The translations under genes and the position numbers were made by a program. Under the pieces are notes generated by a model. The model saw nothing but the letters and a program-made list of their open reading frames with translations, searched no databases and was not told the origin of the DNA. 34,346 nt of DNA from an uncultured Candidatus Peregrinibacteria bacterium (lineage in GTDB: Bacteria > Patescibacteriota > JACMRA01), in contig CAKZLR010000018.1 of assembly GCA_937127165.1 (NCBI GenBank), positions 1 to 34,346 on the forward strand, in the 5' to 3' direction. Within the stretch, counting starts at the first letter, position 1, and each line of letters begins with the position of its first letter. Below, piece by piece: positions 9,231 to 19,300 of this stretch.

Positions 9231-10481
9231 TTAATCTAAATCGTTATTTGAGTTTTTTGATGGAATAAATTTGGTTGCTAAAAGAGTGGTAATAGGTACA
9301 GCCAACAATAGACCCACGCTACCTCCCATAGTTCTAACTACTTCTTCTATAATCATTTCATTGTTAAGAATAATCCACAGTGGGTTACCGGTGCCAATGG
9401 TTAGCAATAACATCAAAGGTAAAGCTCCGCCAGCATACACCAAGGCCAAAGTGTTGACCATTGAGACTACATGTTCTTTACCTACATTCATAGCTCTCCA
9501 AAAAAGCTCTAAACCACTAAGTTTTGGATTAGCTTTGTGAATTTCTTCAACAATAGCAGCTTGGGTCGTGGCTACATCGTCCAAAATTCCGATGGTACCA
9601 ATGATTATTCCAGCTAGCAAAATACCTTGTATATTTAAGTAATTGTTTAGTTTGTTTGAAATTAAATAGAAAGCTTCGTCACTGCCAATTCCTGACAGTC
9701 TAGTCAGGCCAACAGCCCAAATAGAGAATAAGGTTACGACCAAAATAGTTATCATGATGGAGACTATGGAAATAGTAGATTTTTTGTTGAAACCGTGTGA
9801 AAGATAGGTAGAAACTAAAACAATTATTAAGCTACTGACAAAGGTTATCCAGTATATATTAGCTCCTCCTATTACTTGGGGTAAGAAAAACAGCACCAAT
9901 ACGATAATACTAAAAGTCAATCCTAAAAAAGAGCTTAAACCTTTGAAACCAGATAAAAGTACAACTAAAAGAATAAAGATAAATATTAAATATATGACAA
10001 AATCGATTCTATAAAAATCAGCAAAACTATAAGTTGGTTCCCTTTGACTATCTCCAAAATCTAATTCCCTGACTATAATAGCCGAACCAACTTTAAGTGG
10101 TTCAAGGGTGCTATAAGTAAACACTTCAATATTCACTACTTTACCTTTCTTTGGCCCCTCAACCAGTTCTACTTCAACATTTTGTTGGGTCATATTTATC
10201 CCTAATGGACTCGGTTGAGACTCTCTGGTAATCTCGCTTTTGACTATACCTTTATAAAAATTAATACTGGGCAAGTTTTGACCTTCAAATACAACTTGTT
10301 GCTGAGTGACTCGTCTTTCTTGATCTTTTTGGAGAGTGTTTTGAGCGATGGGGCTAAGAATAGCAAAACTCGTAAGTACGATAAGCAAAGCTAGCAACAA
10401 AGTTAGCAAATTTTTGATTAGTCTAGCTTTTGGAGAATCTGTATTTTGATTTGTCAAAAAGTTTACAAATTTAGACATCAT
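9231..10481 (-). CDS. YibE/F family membrane protein
   Basis: DFYR, multiple TM helices, IGTIGILDDV, VGKEHVVSMVNTLALVYAGGALPL, EVVRTMGGSVGL motifs. Confidence 0.9.
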   Translation of the reverse strand: MMSKFVNFLTNQNTDSPKARLIKNLLTLLLALLIVLTSFAILSPIAQNTLQKDQERRVTQQQVVFEGQNLPSINFYKGIVKSEITRESQPSPLGINMTQQNVEVELVEGPKKGKVVNIEVFTYSTLEPLKVGSAIIVRELDFGDSQREPTYSFADFYRIDFVIYLIFIFILLVVLLSGFKGLSSFLGLTFSIIVLVLFFLPQVIGGANIYWITFVSSLIIVLVSTYLSHGFNKKSTISIVSIMITILVVTLFSIWAVGLTRLSGIGSDEAFYLISNKLNNYLNIQGILLAGIIIGTIGILDDVATTQAAIVEEIHKANPKLSGLELFWRAMNVGKEHVVSMVNTLALVYAGGALPLMLLLTIGTGNPLWIILNNEMIIEEVVRTMGGSVGLLLAVPITTLLATKFIPSKNSNNDLD

Positions 10482-10845
10482 CTTCTATGAAGAATTAGTG
10501 TTATGTAACAATTTTTGTAAAGAGATTTTGAAGTTGAAGCAAGTTTTTTATATTATATTTTAGAGATACTATCCTTTTACAATTTTTATTTTTACAATTT
10601 AATTATTTAATTTTAAAGTTTAGATAAAATTAACTTATAAGACTAAATGGTTCACAACCAAATTAAAAAACCTCTTAAAATTCTTCTCTTAAGGAGTGTT
10701 AACTGTGTTGTTTGGGTTAGTTTGTTAGAATTTGAAGTAGATTTAACATTTTTTACTACAAAAAGTGAGTTATAAACATAAAAACTTGACTAAAAGCCAG
10801 TCCTTGTTTACTAGTTCTACTTAGACAAGAAACTAAGTTAAAACT

Positions 10846-11769
10846 ATGTTATTCGTTTTTTTCAGCTTTTTAGCTACTTTGCTGTTTGGTTTTAGCTTGT
10901 TATTGCTTGTAAATTATGCTCTTGTTGATTGGGAAAAAAATCGGGTTGAGGACTTAGCAAGACAAATCAGACAGCAAGATAGTGTGTCTAATACAAATAA
11001 TATCCTAAGTAAGACTGTTTCTAGTCATAGATTTACTAATGTGGATCTGAAAGACAATTTAAGATCAAGAATTACCCGTCAATCTATTAGTGAGACTGCC
11101 AGTCAAATTTATACAAAAACTATAACTACTATAAAAAATCAAGACTATGCAGGCTGGTGGCAAAAAATAGTTCAAGAGTTTAATAGACTAAAGCAGGATT
11201 GGTTAGGAACTGTTAAAAGTTGGTTAAAATTTTTGATTAGTTTAGCCAGATCCGTAGACGAGAATGAAAAAACAGCAAATCAGATAGACACAGAAAAAGA
11301 AAAAAATCAAATTGCTCACGTAGTTGAGAAAGTTAAAGGGAATAGCCAAATTTATGACCAGTCGAAACCTAGTTTGAATTATATTATTAACGATGCTGCC
11401 AGTACTTTTGAACTGGTAGGCGGGTCTTCTCAGACTCAAACACCCTCTCAATCTACATTTCAAACACCTTCTGTTTTAGAAGATAAGCCCAAAGAACGAC
11501 AACAAGATCCTGCTACTATTGCTCTTGGAGCAGCTTTTGATAAACCTAAAACGGACAAAGATATGACTCAGTTTGAAAAAATAGAAAGAAAGATATTAGA
11601 TAGGCTTCAAGAATCTGGACTAAAAGATTATGATATTTGGTTACAACTTGGTGATTTTTACTTAAAATACGACGAGAAAGAAAAAGCTAAAGAAATATAT
11701 GCTTTGGTGCTAAAGCAAGCTGATGGAGAACAGAAAGAAATAGCTCGCAACCGTTTAATTAGTTTCTAA
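10846..11769 (+). CDS. Membrane-anchored protein with low-complexity linker and C-terminal TPR/FimV-C-like domain
   Basis: N-terminal TM helix; S/Q/T-rich linker; C-terminus WLQLGDFYLKYDEKEKAKEIYALVLKQADGEQKEIARNRL. Confidence 0.6.
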   Translation: MLFVFFSFLATLLFGFSLLLLVNYALVDWEKNRVEDLARQIRQQDSVSNTNNILSKTVSSHRFTNVDLKDNLRSRITRQSISETASQIYTKTITTIKNQDYAGWWQKIVQEFNRLKQDWLGTVKSWLKFLISLARSVDENEKTANQIDTEKEKNQIAHVVEKVKGNSQIYDQSKPSLNYIINDAASTFELVGGSSQTQTPSQSTFQTPSVLEDKPKERQQDPATIALGAAFDKPKTDKDMTQFEKIERKILDRLQESGLKDYDIWLQLGDFYLKYDEKEKAKEIYALVLKQADGEQKEIARNRLISF

Positions 11770-11770
11770 T

Positions 11771-12367
11771 ATGATAGCTTATTTAAGTGGTAAAGTTGTT
11801 GCTTCGTTCATTGGTCAAATTATTCTCAAACTTCCTTCAGGTGTGGGTTATCTTGTTCAGGTTCCGCCAACTCGTACTTTTATGGTTAATGAAAGCGTAG
11901 ATCTGTTTATTTTGGAAGTCCAGAGGGAAAACAGATCAGACCTTTTTGGTTTCACTGAATTAAAAGACAGGGAATGGGTAGAAAAGCTACTTAAGGTAGA
12001 TGGTGTTGGTCCTAAAACCGCTGCTCAAGTAATTTATGTCTTAGGCTACGAGGGGGTTTCTAGTGCAATCAAAAATAACGATGTAAAAACACTTTCCGCA
12101 ATAAAAGGTTTAGGCCAAAAAACCGCTAAAAAAATTATTTTAGAGATCAAATCTAAAGAAATTGAGATGGAAGACCTGGATCAACAAGATAAGACTACTT
12201 GGCAGGGTGGTGTGGCTACTTCCTTTGCTGAAACTCTATCAAATTTAGGTTATAAAAGGGATGAAATAGTAAGAGTTATAAGTCGTCTAAAGGCAGAAGA
12301 TTTATGGAATGAGAAAGACCTCTCAGGTATGATTAAACAGAGTTTAAAATATTTAGCTAAGAAATAA
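11771..12367 (+). CDS. ruvA: Holliday junction branch migration protein RuvA
   Basis: MIAYLSGKV, GVGY, LFGF, HhH motifs VDGVGPKTA and IKGLGQKTAKKIILE, C-terminal LSNLGY. Confidence 0.95.
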   Translation: MIAYLSGKVVASFIGQIILKLPSGVGYLVQVPPTRTFMVNESVDLFILEVQRENRSDLFGFTELKDREWVEKLLKVDGVGPKTAAQVIYVLGYEGVSSAIKNNDVKTLSAIKGLGQKTAKKIILEIKSKEIEMEDLDQQDKTTWQGGVATSFAETLSNLGYKRDEIVRVISRLKAEDLWNEKDLSGMIKQSLKYLAKK

Positions 12368-12646
12368 TCTTTATAAAAATCAGAAAATAATTTGTTAAAA
12401 ACTTAATTATACTAATTAAATTATATTATAAATTATGTTAATAATAAAATATACCAAGGATTAGGTTGAATTTCAAAATTCCAACTAGAATTCCAACCAG
12501 AACTAATTTTGAAGATACTAGATAAACCTATCCTTACGACCTCAGCGAACCAATATTACGAACTAACACAATCACTTTTCGGAAAGTAGATATTCCATTT
12601 TTAGTCTAGAAACGGGCTGTGTACCTTCTCTGAAATTTGCTTAAAA

Positions 12647-13192
12647 TTATTCTCTTCTATCTCTAAATGGATTGAAAAACTTAATTTGGTTGTTCTCTTC
12701 TGTTGGTATCTCGGGTTGAACTTGGGCAGCTTGATTTTGCTCCGGAGTTGTAGTTTGGTTTTGGTATGCTTCTTTTGGTTTTGAGACTCCTTCAGATTTT
12801 GGAGCATTATCGAACTTTTGTTGAATATTTTTTTGGGTTTCTGGGAACAATTCTTGCAAAATCTCAGTGTTGATTTGGTTGACACTTTCTGGGGCATCCT
12901 GAAGAGCTTTAGCTACAATTTCCAGTAAATCATCTAAAGGCAAATTTTTATAACCTTGAGGTTTAGCTTGTATTTGCTCAGCAATTTCTTTTGGTTTTAT
13001 TTTTTTAAGAAGAGCGAAATTAATTAAATCAAGAAAAGTATCTAAATTCTGTTTAAGATTCGGCTCGATTGCGCCACCATAAACAGACACGATTTTTGGA
13101 CCTTCAGGATCATAAATAAGACTAACTAGTAGGTTACCAAAATTGGCAGTTTGCACGACTTGTTCTAATCTTAGACTATACTTGTTTGGCAT
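12647..13192 (-). CDS. Stand-alone TSCPD/NrdJb-like domain protein, paralog of the upstream gene's C-terminal domain
   Basis: aa 3-115 align by eye with aa 519-630 of 13204..15156 (KY.L.LEQ, YD..GP.IVS, LD.FL.LINF, NLP, AP..V..I..EI); Q/E/P-rich tail. Confidence 0.6.
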   Translation of the reverse strand: MPNKYSLRLEQVVQTANFGNLLVSLIYDPEGPKIVSVYGGAIEPNLKQNLDTFLDLINFALLKKIKPKEIAEQIQAKPQGYKNLPLDDLLEIVAKALQDAPESVNQINTEILQELFPETQKNIQQKFDNAPKSEGVSKPKEAYQNQTTTPEQNQAAQVQPEIPTEENNQIKFFNPFRDRRE

Positions 13193-13203
13193 AAAAAAAT
13201 AGT

Positions 13204-15156
13204 TTATTTTGAAACTGAATTAAGTATAATATGGTTTTCTATTTTGTTCAAGTTATTTTCGTCAATTTGTTCAACTATTTCTGGTCTTATTTCTTGCACA
13301 CAACTTGGTGCGGCTCTCAAAGAGCCACTAATAAATTGCAGAATCGCTTTGATAGGTAAGTTGATGTGCTCATATTTAGCATACTCTAGTTTTTCTGATA
13401 AAAATCTAGGTTCAATATTGTTGATTAAGATAAAGTTAATCAGCTCTAAGAACAGATCTAAAGTGTTTTGTAAATCTGGTGGTAAATCTCTACCTTTAAG
13501 AGATACAATCCTAGGACCCCTTGCATCATATGTAATCGTGAGCAACATATCCCCATAATCAGTAGTTTTAAGTAGCTGTTCTAATTTTAGCACATACTTA
13601 GATAAAGAACCTAAGTTAGTTGCCAAAATTTCAGGTTTGTATTGGTGATGAGTGGTGTTTGGGGTTATTTGATAGTTTTCTGGTGGAAGTTTAGATTCTA
13701 ATTCCTGTTGTTTTTTAATAGCTTGCTTAAGAGTATTTTGTAATTCTAAAATGATAGAGCGTTGAGAACTGGCCTTTTGAATCAAAATTTGTATATATTG
13801 AGGCAATTCTTTTGAATCTAAATCGACCCATTCAAGCTTATTACTATTTGCAAAATATTTAGAGTCTATTAAAAACCCTAAGTGTAAAGTGGATTCTTTT
13901 GTTTCTTTAATTTCTGTTGTAGAAACCAAACTAGAAGTAACAGTGCCATAGAAATCAAAATATTCGTTCAGAAAGCTTTGTAAAACCTCTTCAGATTCTT
14001 TATTTTCTTTAAAATTGGTTGATGGAAGCTTAATCACACCTTCAGACCGTTTGTCAATAGCTATCAAATTCTTATTAAAATTTATTATCAGAGCATTCAA
14101 AACTATTTGTGATTTTGGCTCTATTGTTGATTTTTCTCGTTGGTTGATTGTAGCTAAAAGATCTGACAATTCGACAACTGACAACTCATTTTCGTTCCAT
14201 AATTTTTCTTCAGTTTCTTTATTTCCGTCAGTTAATCTATAAAGAGTTTGATTTTTTTCTGGTTGGACATCAATATCAACCACTTGTAAAATTTTAGATT
14301 GACCATCAATTGTTACTCTAACAAGTTCACCAATTTGAAACATCGGTTCATCTATCTTAGGTAGATCGGTTTTGGTAATTACAGGGTGATTATCGTCTTG
14401 TGAAGAAGTAAATTGTGTAGTATCAATAGTGGTTGGGGGTGAGTATTGATCTCTATCACTCCAAACTTGCCAAGGTTGACTTTGAGGGAAAAGTAAAATA
14501 CTACTATTCCTTCTAGGAATTAATTCGAAGGGGCTTTGTAGGATTGTATTTTGGTCAAAAATCTTATAGAGATCTGTACCATTTTTAATTTCTCCTGTGT
14601 TTTTGTTATACCAAAACTCGAAAGATTTTGGTCTAAGGTGTTTTTTAATTTTTTCCCAGGCCAAGCAAGGACCTTTTTCTTCGGCTAACGATTCACTGGC
14701 TCGATAGGCTTTATTACTAATGAAGTTACCAATATAATTAATTATATCTAACTCGTTGATATGTTTGTTTTGTTCTAGAAAATCATCAAAATCAGCTATT
14801 CCAATAGCAATTTTTCGATATTGAGCGACTACAGCCAAAGCCTCAGGACTAAATTGAATTTTATCAAGTAAGGCATCCAAAAATCTAACAGCTGTCTCGA
14901 TTGTATCTTGTAAGAGACTTTCATCCAAAGCTTTTTGATTATCTAAATATTTACACAGTAGGATATCTCCATATGTGGTAGCAGGTTTAGTTTGGGTTTT
15001 GTCCTGATATAAAAGCTCTAATGTCTTGTTGCTAACAACAAAAAGTCTTCTGGCGTGTAATACTTCTGTATATTTCTTCTCCCAAAATTTTCTCAATTCC
15101 GGAGTACTCTCAGTTTCCGCTGCCAACTTAAGCAGTCTTTCCAAGACAGATGACAT
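13204..15156 (-). CDS. Degenerate class II ribonucleotide-reductase-like multidomain protein (RNR remnant, SH3-like, pseudo-Nudix, coiled coil, TSCPD-like)
   Basis: TAVRFLDALLD, YRKIAIGIAD, AYRASESLAEEKGP and RRN match the NrdJ/NrdA barrel C-terminal part; no NPCxE finger loop. Confidence 0.7.
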   Translation of the reverse strand: MSSVLERLLKLAAETESTPELRKFWEKKYTEVLHARRLFVVSNKTLELLYQDKTQTKPATTYGDILLCKYLDNQKALDESLLQDTIETAVRFLDALLDKIQFSPEALAVVAQYRKIAIGIADFDDFLEQNKHINELDIINYIGNFISNKAYRASESLAEEKGPCLAWEKIKKHLRPKSFEFWYNKNTGEIKNGTDLYKIFDQNTILQSPFELIPRRNSSILLFPQSQPWQVWSDRDQYSPPTTIDTTQFTSSQDDNHPVITKTDLPKIDEPMFQIGELVRVTIDGQSKILQVVDIDVQPEKNQTLYRLTDGNKETEEKLWNENELSVVELSDLLATINQREKSTIEPKSQIVLNALIINFNKNLIAIDKRSEGVIKLPSTNFKENKESEEVLQSFLNEYFDFYGTVTSSLVSTTEIKETKESTLHLGFLIDSKYFANSNKLEWVDLDSKELPQYIQILIQKASSQRSIILELQNTLKQAIKKQQELESKLPPENYQITPNTTHHQYKPEILATNLGSLSKYVLKLEQLLKTTDYGDMLLTITYDARGPRIVSLKGRDLPPDLQNTLDLFLELINFILINNIEPRFLSEKLEYAKYEHINLPIKAILQFISGSLRAAPSCVQEIRPEIVEQIDENNLNKIENHIILNSVSK

Positions 15157-15164
15157 ATAGAGTT

Positions 15165-15193
15165 ATTATAGCAAATTTCTTTTTGATTGGCAA
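15165..15193 (-). promoter_or_regulatory. Sigma70-type promoter of the RNR-like operon (near-leaderless)
   Basis: Minus strand TTGCCA-17 nt (ending TGC, an extended -10)-TATAAT, then 8 nt to the ATG at 15156. Confidence 0.75.
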
Positions 15194-15623
15194 GGGTGTA
15201 GATGTCTCATTTATGTTTTTACAGCATAGTAGGAATATTGAAATTAAGCTAAATAATATCTATTTTATCTACTCTATATTGTGGTAAAGTCTATAAAGAC
15301 AGCTTTATGGCGTCTCGGGTTAGATACACCATTTTTACAAAGATTTTTCAGAAAGGATGAATACTACAAAGTTACTACAAAAAATATAAAAAATTTTTAA
15401 ATCATTATCTTTTTTGGCTCAACACTATACCTCAATCTAACAAACCAGTAAAATATGGTTATTTGGTTATTAAAAGTACTTTTACTTAAAGCAAGCGAAG
15501 CATGTTTATGATAACGGACTACGACCTATAAGCAACTCAAAAATTCTTTGCTCGAAAAATTAAACCAAAGACAAACTACAAAAACCCTAAATCTCTAATG
15601 ACTTTTTAAGTCTTTTACTAAAC

Positions 15624-16349
15624 CTATTTTTTCACTACCACACAGCTGGCAATCATATCATGTAAAGTCTGTCTTTTTTCTGTAAACAATACCATCAAAT
15701 GACCAATTCCGAAAGTGAACCCAGTGATTATTTTAGCAAAATTTCTACCAGTAGCTCTGGCAAAACTGATTTTGTTGCCATTCAAATCTGTTACTTTTAG
15801 CCCTAGAACTAGCTTGCCTACGGTTCCTTGATATTCTGAAGATTCCATAATAGAATAATATAACCAAGTAAATACAAGTGATGTTATGTGGACCATGATA
15901 AGTAGAAAAATTATTGATCTAAAAAAACTAAAAAAAGCTTCTTGTGCAATTTTCTCCTCTTCTGGAGTTAAATTCAGTTCTTTTCCACTAACAGTTATCG
16001 TATTGGATGAAGGTCTGTTGTTTATCAAATTGTTATTACTATTTCTTCTATCTGAAGATTTTTCTAACCTTTCTAGAGTTGTTTCTAATTCAGAAAAAGA
16101 ATTAATCATAGAAGGTAAAAACGGTATTGCAACAACAAACGATAATATAGAACTTATTACAGATATAACTAAAAAATCTACAAAGTAGCCACCAATTCTT
16201 TCCCAAAAACTAGCATAAACAAGATTGTTCTGGTAGTTTAAGTTAGAATTATTTCCAGGTTGAGGTCGGTAATATTGATTGGTGGGTGTTGTTTGAACAA
16301 ATCCTGCTTCATCTTGAGAAAAGCCTTGTTGTGGAGTAGTTGGTTGCAT
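15624..16349 (-). CDS. RDD family membrane protein
   Basis: YASFWERIGGYFVD, QGTVGKLVLGLKV, RQTLHDMIA; begins 11 bp after the valS-C stop. Confidence 0.92.
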   Translation of the reverse strand: MQPTTPQQGFSQDEAGFVQTTPTNQYYRPQPGNNSNLNYQNNLVYASFWERIGGYFVDFLVISVISSILSFVVAIPFLPSMINSFSELETTLERLEKSSDRRNSNNNLINNRPSSNTITVSGKELNLTPEEEKIAQEAFFSFFRSIIFLLIMVHITSLVFTWLYYSIMESSEYQGTVGKLVLGLKVTDLNGNKISFARATGRNFAKIITGFTFGIGHLMVLFTEKRQTLHDMIASCVVVKK

Positions 16350-16360
16350 AATACTAAAAA

Positions 16361-19300
16361 TTAGTTATTTAAAAAATTAATTTTGGATTGTTGTTGATCT
16401 AACTCTTGTTTTCTTTGCAAAAGTTGTTGTCGTTTTTCAGTCACCACCTCAGGGTCGGCATTTTGTACAAAATTGGGATTTTGTAATTGGTTTTGTAAAA
16501 ACTCAATTTGAGTTTCCAAGTCTTTTATAATTTTGTTAGTTCTGTTAACTTCAGTTTGCTTGTTTGGGATATAAGCTAGAATATCCAAAGAGTATTCATA
16601 ACCCTCTTTTTGAACACTATACAATCCCTGCTTTTGTTCTGGTACTATCTCGCTTCTGGTTGTTATCTGGATAAACTTACTGTATTTATTAAGCAATACT
16701 GATTGGGAATATACTTGAATTGATTTGGCAGGATCAATAGCAAACAAACCTCGAGTGGAACGGAGATCTTGAATAAATCTAATAATTGCAGCAAACTCTT
16801 CAGCTTGAACCTGACTATTAGGGTTTTTTGACCACAACTGGCGGTACTGCTCATTTCTCTCGAGAGCAAAAGCTAAAAGGCTTGTTTGGCCAAAAAATTC
16901 CGACCACAAAACTTCTGTTTCAAAAGGTATAAACGGTGAAACTGTGATGATAAATTGCTGAAATAGACTTTTTGCAAAAGCAACCTGTGTTTCGTCTGTT
17001 TTTAGATACTCAATATACCAATCAGCAAAATTGTCCCACAAAAAGCCATACAAAACATCAACCGAGTGAGCTAGTTCGTAGTTTTGTAGATTATGCTCTA
17101 AGTTATCTTGTAAATCTAAATATTTTTGCAAAATCCACCACGAAGCGGAGGCTAGTGATTCTGGTGATAAAAATATTTCGTTTGATACTGGGTTTGTTTT
17201 TAAGAAGGTAGATTTAGGTTTTTCTAGAGCTGTTGTAACTTTTTCTTGCCAATTTCCACTTTTGAATTCTAAAAAACGAGCAACATTCCAAATTTTATTA
17301 CCAAAGTTCCGGTATTTCTCCATTAAACGATCGGCTAAATTACCACCAAATCGCATATTTCTTCCCGGAATCATACCACTCAGCATTGATAGTCTAAGGG
17401 AGTCACTAGAAAATTTAGCGATAGCTTCTCCGGGCTCTAAACCATTTTTCAAAGACTTACTCATTTTACGACCTTTTTCATCCAAAATAGTAGGAGTAAT
17501 TACTAGATTTTCAAAGGGAACACGATTAGTAAAATATTTACCCAAAGTGATCATTCTAACTATCCATAAATAAAAAATCTCTTTGGCCGTAACCATGGTT
17601 TGGGTTGGGTAAAATTCTTCAAAATCAACTTTTTTAGCCAAATTTTGTTCCATTAGTTGGTTGTTAAACTCAGTTCTAAAATTAGTAGAAAATTTGTTTA
17701 GCACAAACTCAATACTTTCTTCAAATCCATTAATTATTTTGCCTTTAACATCTTTTAAATCGACCCACTTAGTAGTTTGATAATCCGCGCAAACACCCTC
17801 TTTTTCGGACTCAGTTTCTACATAGAAAAGATTAGATTCAAGTCGAATGTTTTGCAATTCGTTATTTTTGTAAAAATTGAATCCAAGAAAAATTTTACCT
17901 ACAAAATCCAACTTAGTTATTTCGTTCCTACTTATACCGGTTTCTTCTTCAAATTCTCTTAAAAGGGTTTTTTGAGCAGTTTCACCAAGCTCTAACTTAC
18001 CACCAACTAAATGATATTCAGCTTTTTCTTCACTCACATTTCTGAGTATATCCCAGTTTATTTTGGGAAATAGTAGTTTTTTGGTTTTAGGATTATAAAT
18101 AATTGCATGAGCCCCAAACCGGTTTTGGAAATGCTGGTCCAAACTAATATATTTGGAAAAAGTATAAAAGTAGTTACTATATAAAATATAGTCTTCAATT
18201 TCGGGAAAATGTGGGATATTGAAATGAGCTCGATTATCAAAAATAAACCGCTTGCTGGTTGGCAACCGAGATATTATTTGATTAAATTGCTCAAACGGAA
18301 CAATCTGATCGTCGGTGGAGTGATAGACAAAAATTTGCTCACAGTTTTCTTTGATTAAATCAAGTTCGGTTTGAATCTCAAAAGTATAAGCATCAGTGCA
18401 AGCTGCCACCAAATGAAGTTGCTTCACTTTGAGAGAGTTTTCGGATAGATATTTGAGTAAAAAGTTACCACCAAGACTGTGACCAACTAAAAATAGTTCA
18501 TTTTCTGGATCAATTTGAGCAATATATTTTTCAAACCAAATCTTCCAAGCTTCATAATTGGCATTTTGTTTGTTTGGCATTTGTGGGTAAAACACTTCTA
18601 TTCCAGCACTGGAGAGTTTGGTAAACAAGTTGATTTTCCAGTCGATTTTTTGCTGGCGAATGTCTATCTCTCTTTGCTTCAGCTCCTCCAGCATTTCTTG
18701 GTCAGTTTTAAAAGCATCTCCACCACCAACTATTACTACAGTTTTTTGAGGTTTAACTGTTTCCACGAAATCCAAAGTAGATAGCGGCCAAAGCGAGGAT
18801 GAAAACCAAGTATCTAAAATTTTGCTTTCTTGTACCCAGTTTCCAGGTAAATCAGGCTTATTTGGACTAACTTGGAATTTGTGCCTAATTTCAGGATTTT
18901 TCAACCACTCTTGATAACTAAAAAATTTTTTTTCTGGATTGGTGTCTAAATTATACCACACAGGAATTTTATGACCCCAGGTAAGATCTCGAGAAATACA
19001 CCAATCAAGAACATTTTGGATAAAATTTTGACCTCTTTGTCTAAATTCACTAGGATAAAAATTAACCTCATCTAAACCTTTAAGGGTTAGTTTTTGTAAG
19101 TTGGTTTTTTTGCTAAACAACTTGTGAATATCCTCAAACTTGTCCAGAATTTGACTTTCTGGTAGTATTTCAAGTAATTTATCTTTACCTGCCCAGCCCC
19201 AGCTGCAACCAATAATTTTGGTTTTGTCCATAAAGTTCTGTAATTCAATCACATCATCTTTAGTGTCAGTAAAATAGTAAACTTGTGTGGGAGATATACC

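Noticed and set aside
12477-12504. Imperfect 12-bp tandem repeat AATTCCAAC(T/C)AG
   Set aside because: Two copies only with no spacers; not CRISPR-like, consistent with slippage
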